From IMG/VR virus record IMGVR_UViG_2706794684_000018: DNA of 14,801 nucleotides; one strand, given 5' to 3'. Below are positions 1 to 7,457 of this stretch, in pieces. Origin of the DNA: a virus. Its lineage: Duplodnaviria > Heunggongvirae > Uroviricota > Caudoviricetes. Position 1 is the stretch's first letter. Each line of letters begins with the position of its first letter. Position numbers and translations under genes: made by a program. Under the pieces are notes generated by a model that did not search any database, had not been told where the DNA came from, and saw only the letters and a list, made by a program, of their open reading frames with translations.

Positions 1-339
1 ATGACACACAAGAGAATTCCTAAAGATTGGGTAATCAAACGCTCAACTCCGTTCTTCACAAAAGAGAACGTACCTTCAGCGTTATTAACACATCATAATA
101 CAGCAGCAGGTGTTTTTGGGCAGTTGTGCGTAATGGAAGGCACTGTAACATATTATGGTTTTACTGATGAGAATGCTACTGAACCGGAGATAAAAGTAGT
201 CATTAATGCTGGCGCTTTTGCAACAAGCCCACCACAATACTGGCACCGTGTTGAACTAAGCGATGATGCTCAGTTTAATATTAACTTTTGGGTCGCTCCA
301 GACTTTTCGGGCGAAAAAGTCTATAGCACCAAAAAATAG
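1..339 (+). CDS. DUF1971-family protein (YeaR / TehB N-terminal-like); may be 5' partial at the window edge
   Basis: 112-codon ORF starting at window position 1 and ending with TAA. The protein resembles my recollection of E. coli YeaR (DUF1971) but is clearly not identical. An intrinsic-terminator-like hairpin follows at 369..406. Family assignment is from memory, not a search. Confidence 0.55.
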   Translation: MTHKRIPKDWVIKRSTPFFTKENVPSALLTHHNTAAGVFGQLCVMEGTVTYYGFTDENATEPEIKVVINAGAFATSPPQYWHRVELSDDAQFNINFWVAPDFSGEKVYSTKK

Positions 340-368
340 ATGATCATATTAAAAATGCTTTAACAGTC

Positions 369-406
369 AGACCCGGCAGGGCTATCCCCGACGGGTCTCA
401 TTTTTG
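369..406 (+). terminator. Putative rho-independent terminator downstream of the DUF1971 gene
   Basis: Inverted repeat AGACCCG (369..375) / CGGGTCT (392..398) with inner GGG/CCC pairing, followed by CATTTTTGT (399..407). Lies 30 nt after the stop codon of the 1..339 ORF. Confidence 0.5.
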
Positions 407-959
407 TAAATATATTGGTTCTACATTGACAGGAGACTTCAACCATAAGAAGTAATCTGAATACTTGAGCAATAAATTTACTTAAGATTAATGAGCGCAC
501 CTTGCCGGACAAAGATAAACCAAGGTAACACCTTTTTTCTAGCCAGTATGTAATCAATCAGAAAGCCGCTCCATAAGAACAACAGCAAGACAATAAATTG
601 CCATTACAGCCGCAATAGCCAGCGCACATTTGAGAACCAGCACGACAACCCCCTGTATTAGACGCACACCAGTCCTGATAAATATGAGGCTGTCTCGTCA
701 GTGATTCAATACAACTATTGGGTATAGTTTCTGTGATTTTATTCTGTAGAAATGGAACACAACAACCAGTCACCACCAGCACTTCCTTAAATGCTCTAAG
801 TCAGAAACAAGCCAACATTTTAGTCCGCTTTGAGCGATCTGCAGACATTGCTAGCAGCCTTCTGTGTGAATTCTCAGGGAGCAGGTCGGCATAGCATCAC
901 GTTGAGGCTCTTACCCTACTTGTTCACACCAACCCTAACTCCACAGACTGATTCATAAA

Positions 960-1961
960 TTAGTAATCTGCGTGTTTCGCACTTTTCAGAAATGCTTTCA
1001 TATTTTCATTAGGTCGCTCAATTTCGAAGTTACTTCCATATAACTCTTGTAATTTTGGCCATAACTTACTTAATAACCCTCTCCTGCGATAAAATGGATG
1101 TATCCAAACGGTAGATAGGTACGGAGAATTTGCATTTGAATTGTTTATTGTGACCAGCCCAACTAAACATTGTCGATAACCACTATTATCCATTGATTGT
1201 ATTTCTTCGACGAATGGATACGCGATTACATCAGTCCAACCATGATCGGTTGTATCCCATTGCATTCCGTCATGACATTCCTTCGACTGATAGCGGCGTA
1301 AAGCTACACACGCGAGCTTTTGCCAATCTGGAGAATTAATTGTGATCTCTTCATCGTATGACGCGCCTATTGGAGCGGGTATTGGTCTGATTAATCCAGC
1401 ATGGCATTCATCATAGAACTTCATGTTTCCCTCAGAAACGTTGTGTACGTTGGGTTGCTCCATGTGTGCGCCATTCAAAAATAGCTCTGATAGTAGTGTA
1501 TCTACACTGTAATCTTTATTGATTATTGTCGGCTTAGAGTTTTTCTTATTAAGGCCGCGAGTAACGATTTTTTGATCAATGTTAACAACATGGAATAATC
1601 CGTCGGGGAGGCTAGCGAACCACGATGGGGCATCGGACCAGAATAGCATGCCTTTTGTACTTCTTAAGAGTTTAATTAAGTTAATACAAGCTTCTTCACT
1701 AGTCTTGCCGTTGATGCGAAGTATGTTAGGACTAAAGTAATATTCATCCATATCAGGGAATGCAGCTTCGCAAAACTCCTGTACATAATTTAGCACCTGG
1801 ATTCTACAGAGATCATCATAGCTGGTAATAACTAAGGGGGTATCTTCATTACTATTATGATTATCAATAATGCAATCTATAGCGAGACTTACTGCTTTGC
1901 GTATCACTTCAGTTGAATCTAACGACTCTAAAAATTTTGTCTTTCGTGTGCGAATATCCAT
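960..1961 (-). CDS. Hypothetical protein (333 aa), cargo gene B; C-terminal GNAT-like acetyltransferase motif
   Basis: Uninterrupted 333-codon ORF; ATG at 1961..1959, 15 nt downstream of the stop of the upstream gene (operon-like). Residues VWIHPFYRRRGLLSKLW (1059..1109) resemble the GNAT beta4-alpha3 acetyl-CoA-binding segment, and NENMKAFL further downstream resembles the following GNAT motif. Sampled line 1021..1080 has 18 G+C of 60. No family assignment possible without a search. Confidence 0.6.
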   Translation of the reverse strand: MDIRTRKTKFLESLDSTEVIRKAVSLAIDCIIDNHNSNEDTPLVITSYDDLCRIQVLNYVQEFCEAAFPDMDEYYFSPNILRINGKTSEEACINLIKLLRSTKGMLFWSDAPSWFASLPDGLFHVVNIDQKIVTRGLNKKNSKPTIINKDYSVDTLLSELFLNGAHMEQPNVHNVSEGNMKFYDECHAGLIRPIPAPIGASYDEEITINSPDWQKLACVALRRYQSKECHDGMQWDTTDHGWTDVIAYPFVEEIQSMDNSGYRQCLVGLVTINNSNANSPYLSTVWIHPFYRRRGLLSKLWPKLQELYGSNFEIERPNENMKAFLKSAKHADY

Positions 1962-1976
1962 GTATGACCTGCGCTA

Positions 1977-2999
1977 TTAAAATTCATGAATGAACGGTTT
2001 GTCATCTGGTTGCAAAATGGTGGTTTTATTCGTTGCTACATTTAAACTGTTGTAGAGCATAATTGCCAGGTTCGATGCATTTTCAATCAGCGTTTCAAGA
2101 TCCTGGTCTGTAATCACTACGAGGTTCCCTTCTTTATCCTTTCCACCACGATGCACTAAGTGATTTCGATTGAGGGTTGCCAATTCAATAGCTTCTATCG
2201 GACAGTCTTTTTGTACTTTTATATCGAATGTAGCTTCATAGCGGTCGATTACCTTTTTAGTGCTATGCCAGCTTGCACTGATCAAGTGTTCCTTGATTGA
2301 CCTGATTAGCTCTCCCCTAATTTTCTCGATGGGTTCACCCTTGAAAGGCAACGCAGCAATATCTTTGCTTACTTTAAATTCAGTCTTACCTTTTTCTATA
2401 CAATTGGCTATGTAGACATCATCTTTCTCTATAGAATTAATGAATAGCTCAACATAAAGCGTTTCCAAAGCTGTAATAACATTCGTGTAGAGCAAACTAA
2501 GCAAGTGGTTTTTTTGCTGTTGTTCAGTTTTATCTTTTGCAAGTTTTTTTATTTTATCGATATTATCAATGAATTTTAAATACGGATTACCGGAAGACGT
2601 TACAGCGTCGTAGATATCATCATCGTACCAATCATCTATATTATTTGAGTTTCCAGACCAGTCAAAACATTGTGTTTGTAATTCATCTACTAATTCCTCA
2701 ATATACTCAGATTTAACATATTGACCGAAGATGGATTGTAGTTCTTCGCTCGCATCATACGGCCCGCCATATATGTAAGCATAGCCACCTTCTCTACTTT
2801 CATACGGACAAGCATTTGCCGGATCTTCAAAGTTTTCAAAGAACCAGTTTTTCATTACTTCGAGTTGATCTTTTTTGCTTATGTATTTTAAAGATTTTAG
2901 TGGAACTTTCTTTCCATTAACCTCGAAAACAATTTTCACGATGTAACGCTCCCTTGTATCAATTGCGCAACTATTATACCACAGCGAAATACAGGGCAT
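1977..2999 (-). CDS. Hypothetical protein (340 aa), cargo gene A; C-terminal HEPN-like R-N-x-x-x-H motif
   Basis: ORF in the supplied track extends to 3068, but the ATG at 2999..2997 is preceded by GGAGG with a 6-nt spacer, so I take 2999 as the start. Motif RNHLVH is encoded at 2168..2151 (cga aat cac tta gtg cat). Very AT-rich: line 2521..2580 has 11 G+C of 60, against 33 of 60 in recE line 9781..9840. Confidence 0.6.
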   Translation of the reverse strand: MPCISLWYNSCAIDTRERYIVKIVFEVNGKKVPLKSLKYISKKDQLEVMKNWFFENFEDPANACPYESREGGYAYIYGGPYDASEELQSIFGQYVKSEYIEELVDELQTQCFDWSGNSNNIDDWYDDDIYDAVTSSGNPYLKFIDNIDKIKKLAKDKTEQQQKNHLLSLLYTNVITALETLYVELFINSIEKDDVYIANCIEKGKTEFKVSKDIAALPFKGEPIEKIRGELIRSIKEHLISASWHSTKKVIDRYEATFDIKVQKDCPIEAIELATLNRNHLVHRGGKDKEGNLVVITDQDLETLIENASNLAIMLYNSLNVATNKTTILQPDDKPFIHEF

Positions 3000-3137
3000 A
3001 ACCTGCCTCCTTAAACTAACATACCATGAGCCAGCAATGTCCGCTATTGGCACAAAGCGGACAACCACGCTAGCTCTCCCCTGTGCCAGAAAAATGTCAA
3101 TTTACATATGAACTAATGCTCTTTGATCTAGTAACGT

Positions 3138-3554
3138 CTATAAATACCGAAGATTTCCTTGATAAAATGCCAGTACACGTTTCATAACTTCACTCTTCCG
3201 GCACTCGCGACAGATTATGTTCTGACGCCTGTCATAGCGGCGTATTTCTCCGTCTGGTAATGACCAGATAAGGTCAGGATCAACCACAACCGTTTTTTTC
3301 ACCTTTGCCCTGGATAGTTTTTTGCGGGCGTTTTTCCAATCCTTACGAGCCTGTTCAGACGGGAATAACCCATAGCCAGAGTTGTATACATCGCCACTGG
3401 CAACCAACTCTCTGGCAAGAATGCTCATCAGATATCTTGTCGCACCTGTCTTGGCCTCCAGTTGCCTTAACGTCTCGCGCCCACTCTGGCGTACCAACTC
3501 AACAACCTGCTCCTTAATTTTTTCACGCTCTTCCTGTGTAAAAACTTTTGCCAT
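3138..3554 (-). CDS. Hypothetical phage protein (138 aa), possible winged-helix N-terminus and a CxxC pair near the C-terminus
   Basis: ORF in the track runs 3138..3569; the internal ATG at 3554..3552 is preceded by GGAGG (MAKVFTQEE...), so 3554 is the preferred start. Lies 15 nt downstream of the preceding gene in the same leftward operon. No family recognised. Confidence 0.5.
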   Translation of the reverse strand: MAKVFTQEEREKIKEQVVELVRQSGRETLRQLEAKTGATRYLMSILARELVASGDVYNSGYGLFPSEQARKDWKNARKKLSRAKVKKTVVVDPDLIWSLPDGEIRRYDRRQNIICRECRKSEVMKRVLAFYQGNLRYL

Positions 3555-3569
3555 AAGCGCCTCCGGCAA

Positions 3570-4166
3570 TCACTTTTCCGACACAATACGACTGGAGGAA
3601 TCGACAATCTGTCGGACAATATCCCGGTGCTTGTTCAGCTCCCGCAGCGCGGCGCAGACTCGCTCCCACTTCTGGACATGATTTTTCGCCCGACGCAGTT
3701 CGCGGTTTGCCATATGCAGCGATGGTAAAACTAGGTCATCCGCTTGCGTTTCAGTAAACGATGGCAGCGACTGCACAATGTCCGCCACAGTTTCTGTTTT
3801 AATATCTTCCTGTGTTGCCGCTTCCTGTACTGGTAACGCAACACCGGCTGGCTGAGGAAAGGCTTTACCATCAGTTTCCGCTACCGATGCAGCTTTCGGC
3901 TCTGCTGGTAAATTATCGCCCGGCATGCAGTAACGAAATTTACTGTTCTGGTTTACGCGAATCAGGCGTCCTTTGCTGATTGCCATTGCCAGCGTTGAAG
4001 CAACTTTGCGGGATGTTGTACCGAACAGCGTAGCCAGTTCATCCGCCGTTTGTGGTCCGCGTTGTTCAATCGTCGCGGTTAAATCGCACTCTGAGATTTT
4101 CACTACAGTTGCCGTGGTGGTTTCTTCCGGCAGTTCTGCCTGCATTGGCTGTTCCTGCTGAACGTT
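3570..4166 (-). CDS. Hypothetical phage protein in the ydaW position (possibly DUF1627-like, winged-helix); 5' end hidden in the N-run
   Basis: The frame is open from the N-run (4167..4267) to the stop at 3572..3570, about 199 visible codons. The track fuses it with ydaV into a 463-aa ORF, which I consider an artefact. The first visible in-frame ATG is at 4145..4143, but the true start may lie inside the gap. Family guess is from memory of what follows DnaC-like genes in lambdoid prophages. Confidence 0.45.
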   Translation of the reverse strand, partial: NVQQEQPMQAELPEETTTATVVKISECDLTATIEQRGPQTADELATLFGTTSRKVASTLAMAISKGRLIRVNQNSKFRYCMPGDNLPAEPKAASVAETDGKAFPQPAGVALPVQEAATQEDIKTETVADIVQSLPSFTETQADDLVLPSLHMANRELRRAKNHVQKWERVCAALRELNKHRDIVRQIVDSSSRIVSEK

Positions 4167-4267
4167 NNNNNNNNNNNNNNNNNNNNNNNNNNNNNNNNNN
4201 NNNNNNNNNNNNNNNNNNNNNNNNNNNNNNNNNNNNNNNNNNNNNNNNNNNNNNNNNNNNNNNNNNN
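4167..4267. other. Run of 101 N (assembly gap or masked sequence)
   Basis: Seen directly in the sequence. Hides the 3' end of ydaV and the 5' end of the downstream gene. Confidence 0.99.
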
Positions 4268-4961
4268 AATTCACCCATCGCCCGCCGTTCATGGTCATGC
4301 GATCCATAATCCGCTCGCCGAGCAATGTTTTCATGGCCTCATAGTTCAGGTTTGTCAGCATCCCCACGCTGCGCATCGACGCTGTCCGGCGATCAACAAT
4401 CTGGTGCAGCACCACCTGCTCGTTTTTCGTCTCGCGCTGAATGCCAATTTCATCAAGAACCAGCAGATCCACTTCGCATAGTTCCCGCAAAAATTTTTCG
4501 CCTGACTGCCCATCGTCATAGCTGGCGTGCAGGGCACTCATAACATCAGCCACGGTAACCACAATCACTGTCTGACCGTCTTTCAGCAGGCGATTCCCGA
4601 TAGCTGCCGCTAAGTGATTCTTCCCGGTACCAGGTTTTCCGCTGAACGCAAAATTTGTACACCCGGTCATCAGTTCATCAGCGATGGATTTCGCCTGACT
4701 CAACGCGTATCGCTGCGCTTCGTTCTGCACCTGGTAATTCGAAAACGAGCATTTGCGGTGCAATGGCTGGATGCCAGAGCGATTCAGAATTTTTTCCACC
4801 CGCAACTGACGATTCTGACGGTTGATCTCCTCACAACGTTTCTGGCCTTCGGAAAGTTGCCACTCGCGCCACTCCGCTACCGTCTTGAATGGCGCGGTTA
4901 CATGTGACGGGGCCAGTCTGCGGATACGTTCAAGAACGTCGCCTGTCGCAATATTTTTCAT
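4268..4961 (-). CDS. ydaV: DnaC-like replication/helicase-loader protein YdaV (visible portion; 3' end lies within the N-run)
   Basis: Starts MKNIATGDVLERIRRL...; contains the Walker A segment FSGKPGTGKNHLAAAIG and a DEIG Walker B-like motif, as in E. coli DnaC. Start ATG at 4961..4959 with a GGGGG Shine-Dalgarno upstream. If the protein is about 248 aa as I recall for K-12 YdaV, the stop would fall near 4215, inside the gap. Confidence 0.8.
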
Positions 4962-4967
4962 GGTCAG

Positions 4968-5786
4968 TTACCCCCTGAAGCCTGGCGGGATCGCACTATC
5001 CGGTAACGAGACGGTGTTAACCTGTCGGAGTAACGTCTCAGGTCGAACACCTTTCGGCGCGAACAAGCCCTGGTATTCATTGGCGATGCTGTGTCGAATC
5101 ACCTGCTCAGGTGAAAAACCCTGCTGGCGGAATTTTTCCAGCTCCCGTATCGCCCCGTTAGCGCCCTGCTCCGTTCGAATCGGTTTTCGCAATGCCTGGC
5201 GAAATTCAACCCACTCACGCCAAAGCGAGACAGAAATCCAGTTCGGCAAAGCAATATCCAGAGGGTCAAACTTTTTGACACCTCGATTCCCCCGGGGGGG
5301 ATTTAGGGGGGGATCTGTTTTTAGATCTTTATCTGTATCTTTATTAGTTGCCTTTGTGTTGACATCATGTTCAAACACCACTTCAACATCTGTTTGAACA
5401 CCTGTTAAATTTCTCTCTTGTTTTGTTTGAACATCTNNNNNNNNNNNNNNNNNNNNNNNNNNNNNNNNNNNNNNNNNNNNNNNNNNNNNNNNNNNNNNNN
5501 NNNNNNNNNNNNNNNNNNNNNNNNNNNNNNNNNNNNNNNNNNNNNNNNNNNNNNNNNNNNNNNNNNNNNNNNNNNNNNNNNNNNNNNNNNNNNNNNNNNN
5601 NNNNNNNNNNNNNNNNNNNNNNNNNNNNNNNNNNNNNNNNNNNNNNNNNNNNNNNNNNNNNNNNNNNNNNNNNNNNNNNNNNNNNNNNNTCAGCAACAAA
5701 TACGCACCATGCTCCTCTGCTGACAAATGCATGGTGTCAGCCAGGTAATCAGCTATGTACAGTTGCATGTATGGTAATGCGGCCAT
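4968..5786 (-). CDS. ydaU: DUF1376-family phage replication-region protein YdaU (interrupted by the N-run 5437..5689)
   Basis: N-terminus [32 protein letters not shown] is characteristic of DUF1376 and matches my recollection of YdaU. The preferred start ATG at 5786..5784 gives this N-terminus; the track's longer ORF to 5837 has no Shine-Dalgarno. The gene is immediately upstream of ydaV. Confidence 0.7.
   Translation of the reverse strand: MAALPYMQLYIADYLADTMHLSAEEHGAYLLLXXXXXXXXXXXXXXXXXXXXXXXXXXXXXXXXXXXXXXXXXXXXXXXXXXXXXXXXXXXXXXXXXXXXXXXXXXXXXXXXXXXXXDVQTKQERNLTGVQTDVEVVFEHDVNTKATNKDTDKDLKTDPPLNPPRGNRGVKKFDPLDIALPNWISVSLWREWVEFRQALRKPIRTEQGANGAIRELEKFRQQGFSPEQVIRHSIANEYQGLFAPKGVRPETLLRQVNTVSLPDSAIPPGFRG
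5437..5689. other. Run of 253 N (assembly gap or masked sequence) inside ydaU
   Basis: Seen directly in the sequence. Confidence 0.99.
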
Positions 5787-5849
5787 AATTGCCCCGTATG
5801 ATGCTGCCCGGTGGCTTAGAATAAGCACAAACAGCATGGAAACTTTTGC

Positions 5850-6272
5850 TTAATGAACAATGACAGAATCGTCGGAAGACCCGCCGCCGCTGAAATGCGC
5901 TTTCCGGTAAACGGCTTGGACTGCATCATCATGCGCATCAATTGCCGTACTTAACGCTTCCTGCGCCGCCAGTAATGCACGGCGTTCCAGGGTATCGAAG
6001 ATGCAGAGTCGGTGACGCAGCTCGCGCGGAAGGATTGCCAGAATTGCTGGGATCAGCTTCTGAATTTTTTCTCTTTGCGTTTTCGTTTCACCTTTCAACC
6101 AACGGTGATAGATATTCTGCTGATTATTCCAGTCCTTGCCTGGTACCAGGGGCAATTCGCCGCCCCCCTGGCGCAGATATTCTTCAGTAATGGCATTGGC
6201 TACCCATGCCTGCCCTTTTTCGGCTGCCAGGGCTAACAACACTGACTCGATGTGCTCATGCTTGATTTTCAT
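5850..6272 (-). CDS. ydaT: YdaT (CII-like regulator, formerly described as a toxin)
   Basis: 140-aa ORF MKIKHEHIESVLLALAAEKGQAWVANAITEEY... matches my recollection of K-12 YdaT. GGGAG Shine-Dalgarno 7 nt upstream; the start overlaps the ydaS stop as ATGA (6272..6269 on the minus strand). Confidence 0.8.
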   Translation of the reverse strand: MKIKHEHIESVLLALAAEKGQAWVANAITEEYLRQGGGELPLVPGKDWNNQQNIYHRWLKGETKTQREKIQKLIPAILAILPRELRHRLCIFDTLERRALLAAQEALSTAIDAHDDAVQAVYRKAHFSGGGSSDDSVIVH

Positions 6273-6523
6273 GAATCAACTCCCATCAGCTTTTTCGTAG
6301 TAGTTTTATTTCTGCCAATAGTTAAAATTACATCAGCAGAAAATAATCCGTTTGATGCATGAGCGATTTTTTCAGCGTAATTTGTTTCGCCGGTATATTC
6401 TGTGCGAGGCAATTTTCCGTTATCCATCCATTTGTAGATTGCTCTTTGGCTGACACCACAAACGTCGGCCACAACAGAAACGCGAACAGTTTTGATTACA
6501 TCTTCAAGTGTTTTCTGGTTCAT
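6269..6523 (-). CDS. ydaS: Cro-like helix-turn-helix regulator in the ydaS position
   Basis: Track ORF runs 6269..6595; the internal ATG at 6523..6521 is preceded by GAGGGTGAT and gives an 84-aa protein MNQKTLEDVIKTVRVSVVADVCGVSQRAIYKW... with an HTH-like segment. It is divergent from racR and upstream of ydaT, as in Rac. The sequence does not match my recollection of K-12 YdaS well, so the symbol rests on synteny. Confidence 0.65.
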   Translation of the reverse strand: MNQKTLEDVIKTVRVSVVADVCGVSQRAIYKWMDNGKLPRTEYTGETNYAEKIAHASNGLFSADVILTIGRNKTTTKKLMGVDS

Positions 6524-6602
6524 ATCACCCTCACAATGTGAACTTTGAGTACATGCTATAACAGAACTGACAGTACATTCAAGAGTGAATATCATTGAAC
6601 TT
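6524..6602. promoter_or_regulatory. Divergent racR / ydaS control region with candidate operator repeats
   Basis: Short intergenic region between the divergent repressor and cro-like genes. Contains the heptamer AGTACAT twice in direct orientation (6548..6554 and 6572..6578, 24 bp apart) and the palindrome TCACAATGTGA (6529..6539). No clean -35/-10 hexamers could be assigned by eye. Confidence 0.45.
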
Positions 6603-7022
6603 ATGGTTCATGAAGATAAAGCGCGTAAAGAGTTCGCCAGTAGGCTTGCGCTAGCCTGTGAAAACGCTGGTTATGAACAACATGGAAGGCAGGCAGAAAT
6701 TGCCCGTCGAATGAAATTAACACCAAAAGCGGTTAGCAAATGGTTTAATGGCGAAACAATTCCTCGCCGAGAGAAATTAAGGGAATTAGCAACACTCATT
6801 GGAACAACACCAACCTATCTTTTGGGAGAGGATACAGAAGAAAGTGGACAGGTACGTTTCTATCAGGAGTTAAATCCAAGACAAAAAATCATCATTGACC
6901 TTCTGGACGAGCTCCCTGACAGTGAGACAGATGAACTTTTAAAAACTCTTGAGGAGAAAAAACAGAAGTACAATGCAATTTACGAAGAGCTAGCACGAAA
7001 GAAAAAACAAAAAGCCTCTTAA
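6585..7022 (+). CDS. racR: XRE-family (lambda CI-like) prophage repressor RacR
   Basis: ORF with HTH segment GRQAEIARRMKLTPKAVSKWFNGETIPRREKLRELATLIG. It is divergent from ydaS-ydaT, the arrangement known for Rac. Start is ambiguous: GTG at 6585 or ATG at 6603, neither with a strong Shine-Dalgarno. Confidence 0.7.
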   Translation: MNIIELMVHEDKARKEFASRLALACENAGYEQHGRQAEIARRMKLTPKAVSKWFNGETIPRREKLRELATLIGTTPTYLLGEDTEESGQVRFYQELNPRQKIIIDLLDELPDSETDELLKTLEEKKQKYNAIYEELARKKKQKAS

Positions 7023-7032
7023 ACCAGCATAA

Positions 7033-7070
7033 ATCCGGTAGCGTCCCCCTCCGGGTTTGTGCTTCACTTT
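7033..7070 (+). terminator. Weak candidate terminator downstream of racR
   Basis: Stem ATCCGG (7033..7038) / CCGGGT (7051..7056), with one mismatched position (T opposite G, a U-G wobble in RNA), and a 12-nt loop, followed by TTGTGCTTCACTTT. The stem is short and the loop large, so this is low confidence. Confidence 0.3.
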
Positions 7071-7085
7071 ATCCCATCTCATTTT

Positions 7086-7145
7086 TTTACACACAAAATG
7101 TACTTATAGTACTTTACATCAATGAACACAAAGTACATTATATAC
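7086..7145 (+). promoter_or_regulatory. Candidate operator/promoter region upstream of ydaG
   Basis: Further copies of the heptamer: ATGTACT (7098..7104, reverse complement of AGTACAT), AGTACTT (7108..7114), AGTACAT (7132..7138). GTACT-TAT-AGTAC forms a palindrome at 7100..7112. TTTACA hexamers at 7086..7091 and 7113..7118 could be -35 elements, but no convincing -10 was found. Confidence 0.3.
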
Positions 7146-7312
7146 CTACCAACCCACCCCGCCCCACAGAACGCAGGGCAATACTTCGAGTTACCAGGCA
7201 GTGGTCAGGGGTTAAGTAGCCAGCCCGAGGCGTATGAACATGACGGCAGGGTTCAGATTTTGCAGTGCAGCAGGTTTCAGTTCCGCCACCCGGCGTTAAG
7301 GGGAGAGATAAG

Positions 7313-7447
7313 ATGGTGCATTACGAAGTAGTTCAGTATTTGATGGATTGTTGCGGTATCACTTACAACCAGGCTGTGCAGGCTTTACGCAGCAACGACT
7401 GGGATCTCTGGCAGGCAGAAGTCGCTATACACAGCAACAAGATGTGA
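7313..7447 (+). CDS. ydaG: Small Rac prophage protein YdaG (44 aa)
   Basis: ATG at 7313 preceded by AAGGGGAGAG; encodes MVHYEVVQYLMDCCGITYNQAVQALRSNDWDLWQAEVAIHSNKM. Length and position (between racR and ydaF) match my recollection of K-12 ydaG. The ydaG/ydaF labels could be swapped. Confidence 0.6.
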   Translation: MVHYEVVQYLMDCCGITYNQAVQALRSNDWDLWQAEVAIHSNKM

Positions 7448-7457
7448 GATTCGCAAA

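Noticed and set aside
360-557. 65-aa minus-strand ORF
   Set aside because: It runs through the terminator hairpin of the DUF1971 gene and has no ribosome-binding site; likely spurious.
558-782. 74-aa cysteine-rich minus-strand ORF
   Set aside because: GTG start directly abutting the putative ribosome-binding site, and composition explained by the A+C-rich plus strand; kept only as a low-priority question in the findings.
3095-3100. TTGACA hexamer on the minus strand upstream of cargo gene A as a dedicated promoter
   Set aside because: No acceptable -10 hexamer at 16 to 18 bp spacing; the cargo genes may simply be read through from the upstream operon.
3570-4961. 463-aa minus-strand ORF in the supplied track
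   Set aside because: It reads through the 101-nt N-run; it is a fusion of the DnaC-like YdaV (about 248 aa expected) with a separate downstream gene.
4268-4961. Walker A ending in GKN rather than GKT/S in YdaV as a sign of an inactive ATPase
   Set aside because: E. coli DnaC itself has GKPGTGKNHLAAAI as I recall, so this is the normal family signature.
7122-7331. 69-aa plus-strand ORF between racR and ydaG
   Set aside because: No Shine-Dalgarno, low-complexity proline-rich product, it overlaps the ydaG ribosome-binding site and start, and it lies in a region better explained as regulatory.
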